Positions 28,001-44,400 of a stretch of 64,000 bases of DNA are shown in pieces (position 1 is the stretch's first letter; every line of letters starts with the position of its first letter). The notes under the pieces were generated by a model. The model saw nothing but the letters and a program-made list of their open reading frames with translations, ran no database searches and was not told the origin of the DNA. The translations under genes and the position numbers were made by a program. The DNA comes from Auanema rhodensis. Lineage: Eukaryota; Animalia; Nematoda. The stretch spans positions 1-64,000 of the forward strand of contig CAXKVF010000002.1 of NCBI GenBank assembly GCA_964057225.1, written 5' to 3'.

Positions 28001-30242
28001 TTTTAATACTGTTTTTTTCATATTTTCTTAGAGAATATACAAAACCTAAATATCTTCACTTGAAATGTACAACACAGTTTAAAATCGCAATATATTGTAT
28101 CGAGGAAAAACTCAAGGAAGATGCATATTTATCGTCTGTATTGCACATTTCAACACGGTGGAATGAAGTTGTAATATTTTTTTTTCATATTTTCTTAAAG
28201 AATATACAAAACCTAAATATCTTCACATGAAATGTACAACACAATTAGAAATTGCAATATATTGTATCGAGGAAAAACTCAAGGAAGATGCATATTTATC
28301 GTCTGTATTGCACATTTCAACACCGTGGAATGAAGTTGTAATACTGTTTTTTTCATATTTTCTTAAAGAATATACAAAACCTAAATATCTTCACTTGAAA
28401 TGTACAACACAGTTTAAAATCGCAATATATTGTATCGAGAAAAAACTCGAGGAAGATGCATATTTATCGTCTGTGTTGCACATTTCAACACGGTGGAATG
28501 AAGTTGTAATATTTTTTTTTTCATATTTTCTTAAAGAATATACAAAACCTAAATATCTTCACTTGAAATGTACAACACAATTAGAAATCGCAATATATTG
28601 TATCGAGGAAAAACTCAAGGAAGATGCATATTTATCGTCTGTATTGCACATTTGAACACCGTGATATGAAGTTGTAATACTGTTTTTTTCATATTTTCTT
28701 AAAGAATATACAAAACCTAAATATGTTCACTTGAAATGTACAACACAATTAGAAATCGCAATATATTGTATCGAGGAAAAACTCAAGGAAGATGCATATT
28801 TATCGTCTGTATTGCACATTTCAACACGGTGGAATGAAGTTGTAATATTTTTTTTTTCATATTTTCTTAAAGAATATACAAAACCTAAATATCTTCACAT
28901 GAAATGTACAACACAATTAGAAATCGCAATATATTGTATCGAGGAAAAACTCAAGGAAGATGCATATTTATCGTCTGTATTGCACATTTCAACACCGAGG
29001 AATGATGTTGTAATACTGTTTTTTTCATATTTTCTTAAAGAATATACAAAACCTAAATATCTTCACTTGAAATGTACAACACAGTTTAAAATCGCGATAT
29101 ATTGTATCGAGAAAAAACTCGAGGAAGATGCATATTTATCGTCTGTGTTGCACATTTCAACACGGTGGAATGAAGTTGTAATATTTTTTTTTTCATATTT
29201 TCTTAAAGAATATACAAAACCTAAATATCTTCACATGAAATGTACAACACAATTAGAAATCGCAATATATTGTATCCAGGAAAAACTCAAGTAAGATGCA
29301 TATTTATCGTCTGTATTGCACATTTCAACACCGTGGAATGAAGTTGTAATATTTTTTTTTTCATATTTTCTTAAAGAATATACAAAACCTTAGTATCTTC
29401 ACTTGAAATGTACAACACAATTAGAAATCGCAATATATTGTATCCAGGAAAAACTCAAGGAAGATGCATATTTATCGTCTGTATTGCACATTTCAACACC
29501 GTGGAATGAAGTTGTAATACTGTTTTTTTCATATTTTCTTAAGGAATATACAAAAACTAAATATCTTCACTTGAAATGTACAACACAGTTTGAAATCGCA
29601 ATATATTGTATCGAGGAAAAACTCAAGGAAGATGCATATTTATCGTCTGTATTGCACATTTCAACACCGTGGAATGAAGTTGTAATATTTTTTTTTTCAT
29701 ATTTTCTTAAAGAATATACAAAACCTTAATATGTTCACTTGAAATTTACAACACAATTAGAAATCGCAATATATTGTATCGAGGAAAAACTCAAGGAAGA
29801 TGCATATTTATCGTCTGTATTGCACATTTCAACACCGTGGAATGAAGTTTTAATACTGTTTTTTTTCATATTTTCTTAGAGAATATACAAAACCTAAATA
29901 TCTTCACTTGAAATGTACAACACAGTTCAAAATCGCAATATATTGTATCGAGGAAAAACTCAAGGAAGATGCATATTTATCGTCTGTATTGCACATTTCA
30001 ACACCGTGGAATGAAGTTGTAATATTTTTTTTTTCATATTTTCTTAAAGAATATACAAAACCTAAATATTTTCACTTGAAATGTACAACACAGTTTAAAA
30101 TCGCAATATATTGTATCGAGAAAAAACTCGAGGAAGATGCATATTTATCGTCTGTGTTGCACATTTCAACACCGTGGAATGAAGTTGTAATATTTTTTTT
30201 TCATATTTTCTTAAAGAATATACAAAACCTAAATATCTTCAC

Positions 30243-32900
30243 ATGAAATGTACAACACAATTAGAAATCGCAATATATTGTATCGAGGAAAAACTCAAGG
30301 AAGATGCATATTTATCGTCTGTATTGCACATTTCAACACCGTGGAATGAAGTTTTAATACTGTTTTTTTCATATTTTCTTAGAGAATATACAAAACCTAA
30401 ATATCTTCACTTGAAATGTACAACACAGTTCAAAATCGCAATATATTGTATCGAGGAAAAACTCAAGGAAGATGCATATTTATCGTCTGTATTGCACATT
30501 TCAACACTGTGGAATGAAGTTGTAATATTTTTTTTTCATATTTTCTTAAAGAATATACAAAACCTAAATATCTTCACTTGAAATGTACAACACAATTAGA
30601 AATCGCAATATATTGTATCGAGGAAAAACTCAAGGAAGATGCATATTTATCGTCTGTATTGCACATTTCAACACTGTGGAATGAAGTTGTAATATTTTTT
30701 TTTCATATTTTCTTAAAGAATATACAAAACCTTAGTATCTTCACTTGAAATGTACAACACAGTTTGAAATCGCAATATATTGTATCGAGGAAAAACTCAA
30801 GGAAGATGCATATTTATCGTCTGTATTGCACATTTCAACACCGTGGAATGAAGTTGTAATATTTTTTTTTTCATATTGTCTTAAAGAATATACAAAACCT
30901 TAGTATCTTCACTTGAAATGTACAACACAGTTTGAAATCGCAATATATTGTATCGAGGAAAAACTCAAGGAAGATGCATATTTATCGTCTGTATTGCACA
31001 TTTCAACACCGTGGAATGAAGTTGTAATACTGTTTTTTTCATATTTTCTTAAGGAATATACAAAAACTAAATATCTTCACTTGAAATGTACAACACAGTT
31101 TGAAATCGCAATATATTGTATCGAGGAAAAACTCAAGGAAGATGCATATTTATCGTCTGTATTGCACATTTCAACACCGTGGAATGAAGTTGTAATATTT
31201 TTTTTTCATATTTTCTTAAAGAATATACAAAACCTAAATATCTTCACTTGAAATGTACAACACAATTAGAAATCGCAATATATTGTATCGAGGAAAAACT
31301 CAAGGAAGATGCATATTTATCGTCTGTATTGCACATTTCAACACCGTGATATGAAGTTGTAATACTGTTTTTTTCATATTTTCTTAAAGAATATACAAAA
31401 CCTAAATATGTTCACTTGAAATGTACAACACAATTAGAAATCGCAATATATTGTATCGAGGAAAAACTCAAGGAAGATGCATATTTATCGTCTGTATTGC
31501 ACATTTCAACACCGTGGAATGAAGTTTTAATACTGTTTTTTTCATATTTTCTTAGAGAATATACAAAACCTAAATATCTTCACTTGAAATGTACAACACA
31601 GTTTAAAATCGCAATATATTGTATCGAGGAAAAACTCAAGGAAGATGCATATTTATCGTCTGTATTGCACATTTCAACACTGTGGAATGAAGTTGTAATA
31701 TTTTTTTTTCATATTTTCTTAAAGAATATACAAAACCTAAATATCTTCACTTGAAATGTACAACACAATTAGAAATCGCAATATATTGTATCGAGGAAAA
31801 ACTCAAGGAAGATGCATATTTATCGTCTGTATTGCACATTTCAACACTGTGGAATGAAGTTGTAATATTTTTTTTTCATATTTTCTTAAAGAATATACAA
31901 AACCTTAGTATCTTCACTTGAAATGTACAACACAGTTTAAAATCGCAATATATTGTATCGAGGAAAAACTCAAGGAAGATGCATATTTATCGTCTGTATT
32001 GCACATTTCAACACCGTGGAATGAAGTTGTAATATTTTTTTTTTCATATTGTCTTAAAGAATATACAAAACCTTAGTATCTTCACTTGAAATGTACAACA
32101 CAGTTTGAAATCGCAATATATTGTATCGAGGAAAAACTCAAGGAAGATGCATATTTATCGTCTGTATTGCACATTTCAACACCGTGGAATGAAGTTGTAA
32201 TACTGTTTTTTTCATATTTTCTTAAGGAATATACAAAAACTAAATATCTTCACTTGAAATGTACAACACAGTTTGAAATCGCAATATATTGTATCGAGGA
32301 AAAACTCAAGGAAGATGCATATTTATCGTCTGTATTGCACATTTCAACACCGTGGAATGAAGTTGTAATATTTTTTTTTTCATATTTTCTTAAAGAATAT
32401 ACAAAACCTAAATATCTTCACTTGAAATGTACAACACAATTAGAAATCGCAATATATTGTATCGAGGAAAAACTCAAGGAAGATGCATATTTATCGTCTG
32501 TATTGCACATTTCAACACCGTGATATGAAGTTGTAATACTGTTTTTTTCATATTTTCTTAAAGAATATACAAAACCTAAATATGTTCACTTGAAATGTAC
32601 AACACAATTAGAAATCGCAATATATTGTATCGAGGAAAAACTCAAGGAAGATGCATATTTATCGTCTGTATTGCACATTTCAACACCGTGGAATGAAGTT
32701 TTAATACTGTTTTTTTCATATTTTCTTAGAGAATATACAAAACCTAAATATCTTCACTTGAAATGTACAACACAGTTTAAAATCGCAATATATTGTATCG
32801 AGGAAAAACTCAAGGAAGATGCATATTTATCGTCTGTATTGCACATTTCAACACCGTGGAATGAAGTTTTAATACTGTTTTTTTCATATTTTCTTAGAGA
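30243..32900. repeat. Tandem 7-monomer (~1174 bp) higher-order repeat within array B; a homologous block lies at ~19170-21800
   Basis: Matching translated variant patterns start at 30243, 31416 and 32590 (offsets 1173/1174) and at 20339/21513. The rare CATATTGTC allele recurs at ~30878 and ~32051. Boundaries are approximate. Confidence 0.8.
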
Positions 32901-35900
32901 ATATACAAAACCTAAATATCTTCACATGAAATGTACAACACAATTAGAAATCGCAATATATTGTATCGAGGAAAAACTCAAGGAAGATGCATATTTATCG
33001 TCTGTATTGCACATTTCAACACCGTGGAATGAAGTTTTAATACTGTTTTTTTCATATTTTCTTAAAGAATATACAAAACCTAAATATTTTCACTTGAAAT
33101 GTACAACACAGTTTAAAATCGCAATATATTGTATCGAGAAAAAACTCGAGGAAGATGCATATTTATCGTCTGTGTTGCACATTTCAACACGGTGGAATGA
33201 AGTTGTAATACTGTTTTTTTCATATTTTCTTAAAGAATATACAGAACCTAAATATCTTCACTTGAAATGTAAAATACAGTTTAAAATCGCAATATATTGT
33301 ATCGAGGAAAAACTGGAGGAAGATGCATATTATCGTCTGTATTGCACATTTCAACACCGTGGAATGAAGTTGTAATATTTTTTTTTCATAGTTTCTTAAA
33401 GAATATACAAAACCTAAATATCTTCACATGAAATGTACAACACAATTAGAAATCGCAATATATTGTATCGAGGAAAAACTCAAGGAAGATGCATATTTAT
33501 CGTCTGTATTGCACATTTCAACACTGTGAAATGAAGTTGTAATATTTTTTTTTTCATATTTTCTTAAAGAATATACAAAACCTAAATATCTTCATATGAA
33601 ATGTACAACACAATTAGAAATCGCAATATATTGTATCGAGGAAAAACTCAAGGAAGATGCATATTTATCGTCTGTATTGCACATTTCAACACCGTGGAAT
33701 GAAGTTGTAATATTTTTTTTTTCATATTTTCTTAAAGAATATACAAAACCTAAATATCTTCACATGAAATGTACAACACAATTAGAAATTGCAATATATT
33801 GTGTCGAGGAAAAACTCAAGGTAGATGCATATTTATCGTCTGTATTGCACATTTCAACACCGTGGAATGAAGTTGTAATATTTTTTTTTTCATATTTTCT
33901 TAAAGAATATACAAAACCTTAGTATCTTCACTTGAAATGTACAACACAGTTTGAAATCGCAATATATTGTATCGAGGAAAAACTCAAGGAAGATGCATAT
34001 TTATCGTCTATATTGCACATTTCAACACCGTGATATGAAGTTGTAATACTGTTTTTTTCATATTTTCTTAAAGAATATACAAAACCTAAATATGTTCCCT
34101 TGAAATGTACAACACAATTAGAAATCGCAATATATTGTATCGAGGAAAAACTCAAGGAAGATGCATATTTATCGTCTGTATTGCACATTTCAACACCGTG
34201 GAATGAAGTTGTAATATTTTTTTTTTCATATTTTCTTAAAGAATATACAGAACCTAAATATCTTCACTTGAAATGTACAACACAGTTTAAAATCGCAATA
34301 TATTGTATCGAGGAAAAACTCAAGGAAGATGCATATTTATCGTCTGTATTGCACATTTCAACACCGTGATATGAAGTTGTAATACTGTTTTTTTCATATT
34401 TTCTTAAAGAATATACAAAACCTAAATATCTTCACATGAAATGTACAACACAATTAGAAATCGCAATATATTGTATCGAGGAAAAACTCAAGGAAGATGC
34501 ATATTTATCGTCTGTATTGCACATTTCAACACCGTGGAATGAAGTTGTAATACTGTTTTTTTCATATTTTCTTAAAGAATATACAAAACCTAAATATTTT
34601 CACTTGAAATGTACAACACAGTTTAAAATCGCAATATATTGTATCGAGAAAAAACTCGAGGAAGATGCATATTTATCGTCTGTATTGCACATTTCAACAC
34701 GGTGGAATGAAGTTGTAATATTTTTTTTTTTCATATTTTCTTAAAGAATATACAAAACCTAAATATCTTCACATGAAATGTACAACACAATTAGAAATCG
34801 CAATATATTGTATCGAGGAAAAACTCAAGGAAGATACATATTTATCGTCTGTATTGCACATTTCAACACCGTGGAATGAAGTTGTAATATTTTTTTTTTC
34901 ATATTTTCTTAAAGAATATACAAAACCTAAATATTTTCACTTGAAATGTACAACACAGTTTAAAATCGCAATATATTGTATCGAGAAAAAACTCGAGGAA
35001 GATGCATATTTATCGTCTGTGTTGCACATTTCAACACGGTGGAATGAAGTTGTAATATTTTTTTTTTCATATTTTCTTAAAGAATATACAAAACCTAAAT
35101 ATCTTCACATGAAATGTACAACACAATTAGAAAACGCAATATATTGTATCGAGGAAAAACTCAAGGAAGATGCATATTTATCGTCTGTATTGCACATTTC
35201 AACACCGTGGAATGAAGTTTTAATACTGTTTTTTTCATATTTTCTTAAAGAATATACAAAACCTAAATATCTTCACTTGAAATGTACAACACAGTTTAAA
35301 ATCGCAATATATTGTATCGAGAAAAAACTCAAGGAAGATGCATATTTATCGTCTGTATTGCACATTTCAACACCGTGGAATGAAGTTGTAATATTTTTTT
35401 TTTCATATTTTCTTGAAGAATATACAAAACCTTAGTATTTTCACATGAAATGTACAACACAGTTTGAAATCGCAATATATTGTATCGAGGAAAAACTCAA
35501 GGAAGATGCATATTTATCGTCTGTATTGCACATTTCAACACCGTGGAATGAAGTTCTAATATTTTTTTTTTCATATTTTCTTAAAGAATATACAAAACCT
35601 TAGTATCTTCACTTGAAATGTACAACACAGTTTGAAATCGCAATATATTGTATCGAGGAAAAACTCAAGAAAATGCATATTTATCGTCTGTATTGCACAT
35701 TTCAACACCGTGGAATGAAGTTCTAATATTTTTTTTTTCATATTTTCTTAAAGAATATACAAAACCTTAGTATCTTCACTTGAAATGTACAACACAGTTT
35801 GAAATCGCAATATATTGTATCGAGGAAAAACTCAAGGAAGATGCATATTTATCGTCTATATTGCACATTTCAACACCGTGGAATGAAGTTTTAATACTGT

Positions 35901-38900
35901 TTTTTTCATATTTTCTTAAAGAATATACAAAACCTAAATATTTTCACTTGAAATGTACAACACAGTTTAAAATCGCAATATATTGTATCGAGAAAAAACT
36001 CGAGGAAGATGCATATTTATCGTCTGTGTTGCACATTTCAACACGGTGGAATGAAGTTGTAATATTTTTTTTTTCATATTTTCTTAAAGAATATACAAAA
36101 CCTAAATATCTTCACATGAAATGTACAACACAATTAGAAATCGCAATATATTGTATCGAGGAAAAACTCAAGGAAGATACATATTTATCGTCTGTATTGC
36201 ACATTTCAACACCGTGGAATGAAGTTGTAATATTTTTTTTTTCATATTTTCTTAAAGAATATACAAAACCTTAGTATCTTCACTTGAAATGTACAACACA
36301 GTTTGAAATCGCAATATATTGTATCGAGGAAAAACTCAAGGAAGATGCATATTTATCGTCTATATTGCACATTTCAACACCGTGGAATGAAGTTTTAATA
36401 CTGTTTTTTTCATATTTTCTTAAAGAATATACAAAACCTAAATATTTTCACTTGAAATGTACAACACAGTTTAAAATCGCAATATATTGTATCGAGAAAA
36501 AACTCGAGGAAGATGCATATTTATCGTCTGTGTTGCACATTTCAACACGGTGGAATGAAGTTGTAATATTTTTTTTTTCATATTTTCTTAAAGAATATAC
36601 AAAACCTAAATATCTTCACATGAAATGTACAACACAATTAGAAATCGCAATATATTGTATCGAGGAAAAACTCAAGGAAGATACATATTTATCGTCTGTA
36701 TTGCACATTTCAACACCGTGGAATGAAGTTGTAATATTTTTTTTTTCATATTTTCTTAAAGAATATACAGAACCTAAATATCTTCACATGAAATGTACAA
36801 CACAATTAGAAATTGCAATATATTGTGTCGAGGAAAAACTCAAGGTAGATGCATATTTATCGTCTGTATTGCACATTTCAACACGGTGGAATGAAGTTGT
36901 AATATTTTTTTTTTCATATTTTCTTAAAGAATATACAAAACCTAAATATCTTCACATGAAATGTACAACACAATTAGAAATTGCAATATATTGTGTCGAG
37001 GAAAAACTCAAGGTAGATGCATATTTATCGTCTGTATTGCACATTTCAACACGGTGGAATGAAGTTGTAATATTTTTTTTTTCATATTTTTTTAAAGAAT
37101 ATACAAAACCTTAGTATTTTCACTTGAAATGTACAACACAATTAGAAAACGCAATATATTGTATCGAGGAAAAACTCAAGGAAGATGCATATTTATCGTC
37201 TGTATTGCACATTTCAACACCGTGGTATGAAGTTGTAATACTGTTTTTTTCATATTTTCTTAAAGAATATACAAAATCTTAGTATCTTCACTTGAAATGT
37301 ACAACACAGTTTGAAATCGCAATATATTGTATCGAGGAAAAACTCAAGGAAGATGCATATTTATCGTCTGTATTGCACATTTCAACACCGTGGAATGAAG
37401 TTGTAATATTTTTTTTTTCATATTTTCTTAAAGAATATACAAAACCTAAATATCTTCACTTGAAATGTACAACACAATTAGAAATCGCAATGTATTGTAT
37501 CGAGGAAAAACTCAAGGAAGATGCATATTTATCGTCTGTATTGCACATTTCAACACCGTGGAATGAAGTTTTAATACTGTTTTTTTCATATTTTCTTAGA
37601 GAATATACAAAACCTAAATATCTTCACTTGAAATGTACAACACAGTTTAAAATCGCAATATATTGTATCGAGGAAAAACTCAAGGAAGATGCATATTTAT
37701 CGTCTGTATTGCACATTTCAACACCGTGGAATGATGTTGTAATACTGTTTTTTTCATATTTTCTTAAAGAATATACAAAACCTAAATATGTTCACTTGAA
37801 ATGTACAACACAATTAGAAATCGCAATATATTGTATCGAGGAAAAACTCAAGGAAGATGCATATTTATCGTCTGTATTGCACATTTCAACACGGTGGAAT
37901 GAAGTTGTAATATTTTTTTTTTCATATTTTCTTAAAGAATATACAAAACCTAAATATCTTCACATGAAATGTACAACACAATTAGAAATCGCAATATATT
38001 GTATCGAGGAAAAACTCAAGGAAGATGCATATTTATCGTCTGTATTGCACATTTCAACACCGTGGAATGATGTTGTAATACTGTTTTTTTCATATTTTCT
38101 TAAAGAATATACAAAACCTAAATATCTTCACTTGAAATGTACAACACAGTTTAAAATCGCAATATATTGTATCGAGGAAAAACTCAAGGAAGATGCATAT
38201 TTATCGTCTGTATTGCACATTTCAACACGGTGGAATGAAGTTGTAATATTTTTTTTTTCATATTTTCTTAAAGAATATACAAAACCTAAATATCTTCACA
38301 TGAAATGTACAACACAATTAGAAATCGCAATATATTGTATCGAGGAAAAACTCAAGGAAGATGCATATTTATCGTCTGTATTGCACATTTCAACACCGTG
38401 GAATGATGTTGTAATACTGTTTTTTTCATATTTTCTTAAAGAATATACAAAACCTAAATATCTTCACTTGAAATGTACAACACAGTTTAAAATCGCAATA
38501 TATTGTATCGAGGAAAAACTCAAGGAAGATGCATATTTATCGTCTGTATTGCACATTTCAACACCGTGGAATGAAGTTTTAATACTGTTTTTTTCATATT
38601 TTCTTAGAGAATATACAAAACCTAAATATCTTCACTTGAAATGTACAACACAGTTCAAAATCGCAAGGAAGATGCATATTTATCGTCTGTATTGCATATT
38701 TCAACACCGTGGAATGAAGTTTTAATACTGTTTTTTTCATATTTTCTTAGAGAATATACAAAACCTAAATATCTTCACTTGAAATGTACAACACAGTTTA
38801 AAATCGCAATATATTGTATCGAGGAAAAACTCAAGGAAGATGCATATTTATCGTCTGTATTGCACATTTCAACACCGTGGAATGAAGTTGTAATACTGTT

Positions 38901-41499
38901 TTTTTCATATTTTCTTAAAGAATATACAAAACCTAAATATCTTCACTTGAAATGTACAACACAGTTTAAAATCGCAATATATTGTATCGAGAAAAAACTC
39001 GAGGAAGATGCATATTTATCGTCTGTGTTGCACATTTCAACACGGTGGAATGAAGTTGTAATATTTTTTTTTTCATATTTTCTTAAAGAATATACAAAAC
39101 CTAAATATCTTCACTTGAAATGTACAACACAATTAGAAATCGCAATATATTGTATCGAGGAAAAACTCAAGGAAGATGCATATTTATCGTCTGTATTGCA
39201 CATTTGAACACCGTGATATGAAGTTGTAATACTGTTTTTTTCATATTTTCTTAAAGAATATACAAAACCTAAAAATGTTCACTTGAAATGTACAACACAA
39301 TTAGAAATCGCAATATATTGTATCGAGGAAAAACTCAAGGAAGATGCATATTTATCGTCTGTATTGCACATTTCAACACGGTGGAATGAAGTTGTAATAT
39401 TTTTTTTTTCATATTTTCTTAAAGAATATACAAAACCTAAATATCTTCACATGAAATGTACAACACAATTAGAAATCGCAATATATTGTATCGAGGAAAA
39501 ACTCAAGGAAGATGCATATTTATCGTCTGTATTGCACATTTCAACACCGTGGAATGATGTTGTAATACTGTTTTTTTCATATTTTCTTAAAGAATATACA
39601 AAACCTAAATATCTTCACTTGAAATGTACAACACAGTTTAAAATCGCAATATATTGTATCGAGAAAAAACTCGAGGAAGATGCATATTTATCGTCTGTGT
39701 TGCACATTTCAACACGGTGGAATGAAGTTGTAATATTTTTTTTTTCATATTTTCTTAAAGAATATACAAAACCTAAATATCTTCACATGAAATGTACAAC
39801 ACAATTAGAAATCGCAATATATTGTATCCAGGAAAAACTCAAGTAAGATGCATATTTATCGTCTGTATTGCACATTTCAACACCGTGGAATGAAGTTGTA
39901 ATATTTTTTTTTTCATATTTTCTTAAAGAATATACAAAACCTTAGTATCTTCACTTGAAATGTACAACACAATTAGAAATCGCAATATATTGTATCCAGG
40001 AAAAACTCAAGGAAGATGCATATTTATCGTCTGTATTGCACATTTCAACACCGTGGAATGAAGTTGTAATACTGTTTTTTTCATATTTTCTTAAGGAATA
40101 TACAAAAACTAAATATCTTCACTTGAAATGTACAACACAGTTTGAAATCGCAATATATTGTATCGAGGAAAAACTCAAGGAAGATGCATATTTATCGTCT
40201 GTATTGCACATTTCAACACCGTGGAATGAAGTTGTAATATTTTTTTTTTCATATTTTCTTAAAGAATATACAAAACCTTAATATGTTCACTTGAAATTTA
40301 CAACACAATTAGAAATCGCAATATATTGTATCGAGGAAAAACTCAAGGAAGATGCATATTTATCGTCTGTATTGCACATTTCAACACCGTGGAATGAAGT
40401 TTTAATACTGTTTTTTTTCATATTTTCTTAGAGAATATACAAAACCTAAATATCTTCACTTGAAATGTACAACACAGTTCAAAATCGCAATATATTGTAT
40501 CGAGGAAAAACTCAAGGAAGATGCATATTTATCGTCTGTATTGCACATTTCAACACCGTGGAATGAAGTTGTAATATTTTTTTTTTCATATTTTCTTAAA
40601 GAATATACAAAACCTAGATATTTTCACTTGAAATGTACAACACAGTTTAAAATCGCAATATATTGTATCGAGAAAAAACTCGAGGAAGATGCATATTTAT
40701 CGTCTGTGTTGCACATTTCAACACCGTGGAATGAAGTTGTAATATTTTTTTTTCATATTTTCTTAAAGAATATACAAAACCTAAATATCTTCACATGAAA
40801 TGTACAACACAATTAGAAATCGCAATATATTGTATCGAGGAAAAACTCAAGGAAGATGCATATTTATCGTCTGTATTGCACATTTCAACACCGTGGAATG
40901 AAGTTTTAATACTGTTTTTTTCATATTTTCTTAGAGAATATACAAAACCTAAATATGTTCACTTGAAATGTACAACACAATTAGAAATCGCAATATATTG
41001 TATCGAGGAAAAACTCAAGGAAGATGCATATTTATCGTCTGTATTGCACATTTCAACACCGTGGAATGAAGTTTTAATACTGTTTTTTTCATATTTTCTT
41101 AAAGAATATACAAAACCTAAATATGTTCACTTGAAATGTACAACACAATTAGAAATCGCAATATATTGTATCGAGGAAAAACTCAAGGAAGATGCATATT
41201 TATCGTCTGTATTGCACATTTCAACACCGTGGAATGAAGTTTTAATACTGTTTTTTTCATATTTTCTTAGAGAATATACAAAACCTAAATATCTTCACTT
41301 GAAATGTACAACACAGTTTAAAATCGCAATATATTGTATCGAGGAAAAACTCAAGGAAGATGCATATTTATCGTCTGTATTGCACATTTCAACACTGTGG
41401 AATGAAGTTGTAATATTTTTTTTTCATATTTTCTTAAAGAATATACAAAACCTAAATATCTTCACTTGAAATGTACAACACAATTAGAAATCGCAATAT

Positions 41500-44400
41500 A
41501 TTGTATCGAGGAAAAACTCAAGGAAGATGCATATTTATCGTCTGTATTGCACATTTCAACACTGTGGAATGAAGTTGTAATATTTTTTTTTCATATTTTC
41601 TTAAAGAATATACAAAACCTTAGTATCTTCACTTGAAATGTACAACACAGTTTGAAATCGCAATATATTGTATCGAGGAAAAACTCAAGGAAGATGCATA
41701 TTTATCGTCTGTATTGCACATTTCAACACCGTGGAATGAAGTTGTAATATTTTTTTTTTCATATTGTCTTAAAGAATATACAAAACCTTAGTATCTTCAC
41801 TTGAAATGTACAACACAGTTTGAAATCGCAATATATTGTATCGAGGAAAAACTCAAGGAAGATGCATATTTATCGTCTGTATTGCACATTTCAACACCGT
41901 GGAATGAAGTTGTAATACTGTTTTTTTCATATTTTCTTAAGGAATATACAAAAACTAAATATCTTCACTTGAAATGTACAACACAGTTTGAAATCGCAAT
42001 ATATTGTATCGAGGAAAAACTCAAGGAAGATGCATATTTATCGTCTGTATTGCACATTTCAACACCGTGGAATGAAGTTGTAATATTTTTTTTTTCATAT
42101 TTTCTTAAAGAATATACAAAACCTAAATATCTTCACTTGAAATGTACAACACAATTAGAAATGGCAATATATTGTATCGAGGAAAAACTCAAGGAAGATG
42201 CATATTTATCGTCTGTATTGCACATTTCAACACCGTGATATGAAGTTGTAATACTGTTTTTTTCATATTTTCTTAAAGAATATACAAAACCTAAATATGT
42301 TCACTTGAAATGTACAACACAATTAGAAATCGCAATATATTGTATCGAGGAAAAACTCAAGGAAGATGCATATTTATCGTCTGTATTGCACATTTCAACA
42401 CCGTGGAATGAAGTTTTAATACTGTTTTTTTCATATTTTCTTAGAGAATATACAAAACCTAAATATCTTCACTTGAAATGTACAACACAGTTTAAAATCG
42501 CAATATATTGTATCGAGGAAAAACTCAAGGAAGATGCATATTTATCGTCTGTATTGCACATTTCAACACCGTGGAATGAAGTTTTAATACTGTTTTTTTC
42601 ATATTTTCTTAGAGAATATACAAAACCTAAATATCTTCACATGAAATGTACAACACAATTAGAAATCGCAATATATTGTATCGAGGAAAAACTCAAGGAA
42701 GATGCATATTTATCGTCTGTATTGCACATTTCAACACCGTGGAATGAAGTTTTAATACTGTTTTTTTCATATTTTCTTAAAGAATATACAAAACCTAAAT
42801 ATTTTCACTTGAAATGTACAACACAGTTTAAAATCGCAATATATTGTATCGAGAAAAAACTCGAGGAAGATGCATATTTATCGTCTGTGTTGCACATTTC
42901 AACACGGTGGAATGAAGTTGTAATATTTTTTTTTTCATATTTTCTTAAAGAATATACAAAACCTAAATATCTTCACATGAAATGTACAACACAATTAGAA
43001 ATCGCAATATATTGTATCGAGGAAAAACTCAAGGAAGATGCATATTTATCGTCTGTATTGCACATTTCAACACCGTGGTATGAAGTTGTAATACTGTTTT
43101 TTTTCATATTTTCTTAAAGAATATACAGAACCTAAATATCTTCACTTGAAATGTAAAATACAGTTTAAAATCGCAATATATTGTATCGAGGAAAAACTGG
43201 AGGAAGATGCATATTATCGTCTGTATTGCACATTTCAACACCGTGGAATGAAGTTGTAATATTTTTTTTTCATAGTTTCTTAAAGAATATACAAAACCTA
43301 AATATCTTCACATGAAATGTACAACACAATTAGAAATCGCAATATATTGTATCGAGGAAAAACTCAAGGAAGATGCATATTTATCGTCTGTATTGCACAT
43401 TTCAACACTGTGAAATGAAGTTGTAATATTTTTTTTTTCATATTTTCTTAAAGAATATACAAAACCTAAATATCTTCATATGAAATGTACAACACAATTA
43501 GAAATCGCAATATATTGTATCGAGGAAAAACTCAAGGAAGATGCATATTTATCGTCTGTATTGCACATTTCAACACCGTGGAATGAAGTTGTAATATTTT
43601 TTTTTTCATATTTTCTTAAAGAATATACAAAACCTAAATATCTTCACATGAAATGTACAACACAATTAGAAATTGCAATATATTGTGTCGAGGAAAAACT
43701 CAAGGTAGATGCATATTTATCGTCTGTATTGCACATTTCAACACGGTGGAATGAAGTTGTAATATTTTTTTTTTCATATTTTCTTAAAGAATATACAAAA
43801 CCTAAATATCTTCACATGAAATGTACAACACAGTTTGAAATCGCAATATATTGTATCGAGGAAAAACTCAAGGAAGATGCATATTTATCGTCTGTATTGC
43901 ACATTTCAACACCGTGGAATGAAGTTCTAATATTTTTTTTTTCATATTTTCTTAAAGAATATACAAAACCTTAGTATCTTCACTTGAAATGTACAACACA
44001 GTTTGAAATCGCAATATATTGTATCGAGGAAAAACTCAAGAAAATGCATATTTATCGTCTGTATTGCACATTTCAACACCGTGGAATGAAGTTCTAATAT
44101 TTTTTTTTTCATATTTTCTTAAAGAATATACAAAACCTAAATATTTTCACTTGAAATGTACAACACAGTTTAAAATCGCAATATATTGTATCGAGAAAAA
44201 ACTCGAGGAAGATGCATATTTATCGTCTGTGTTGCACATTTCAACACGGTGGAATGAAGTTGTAATATTTTTTTTTTCATATTTTCTTAAAGAATATACA
44301 AAACCTAAATATCTTCACATGAAATGTACAACACAATTAGAAATCGCAATATATTGTATCGAGGAAAAACTCAAGGAAGATGCATATTTATCGTCTGTAT

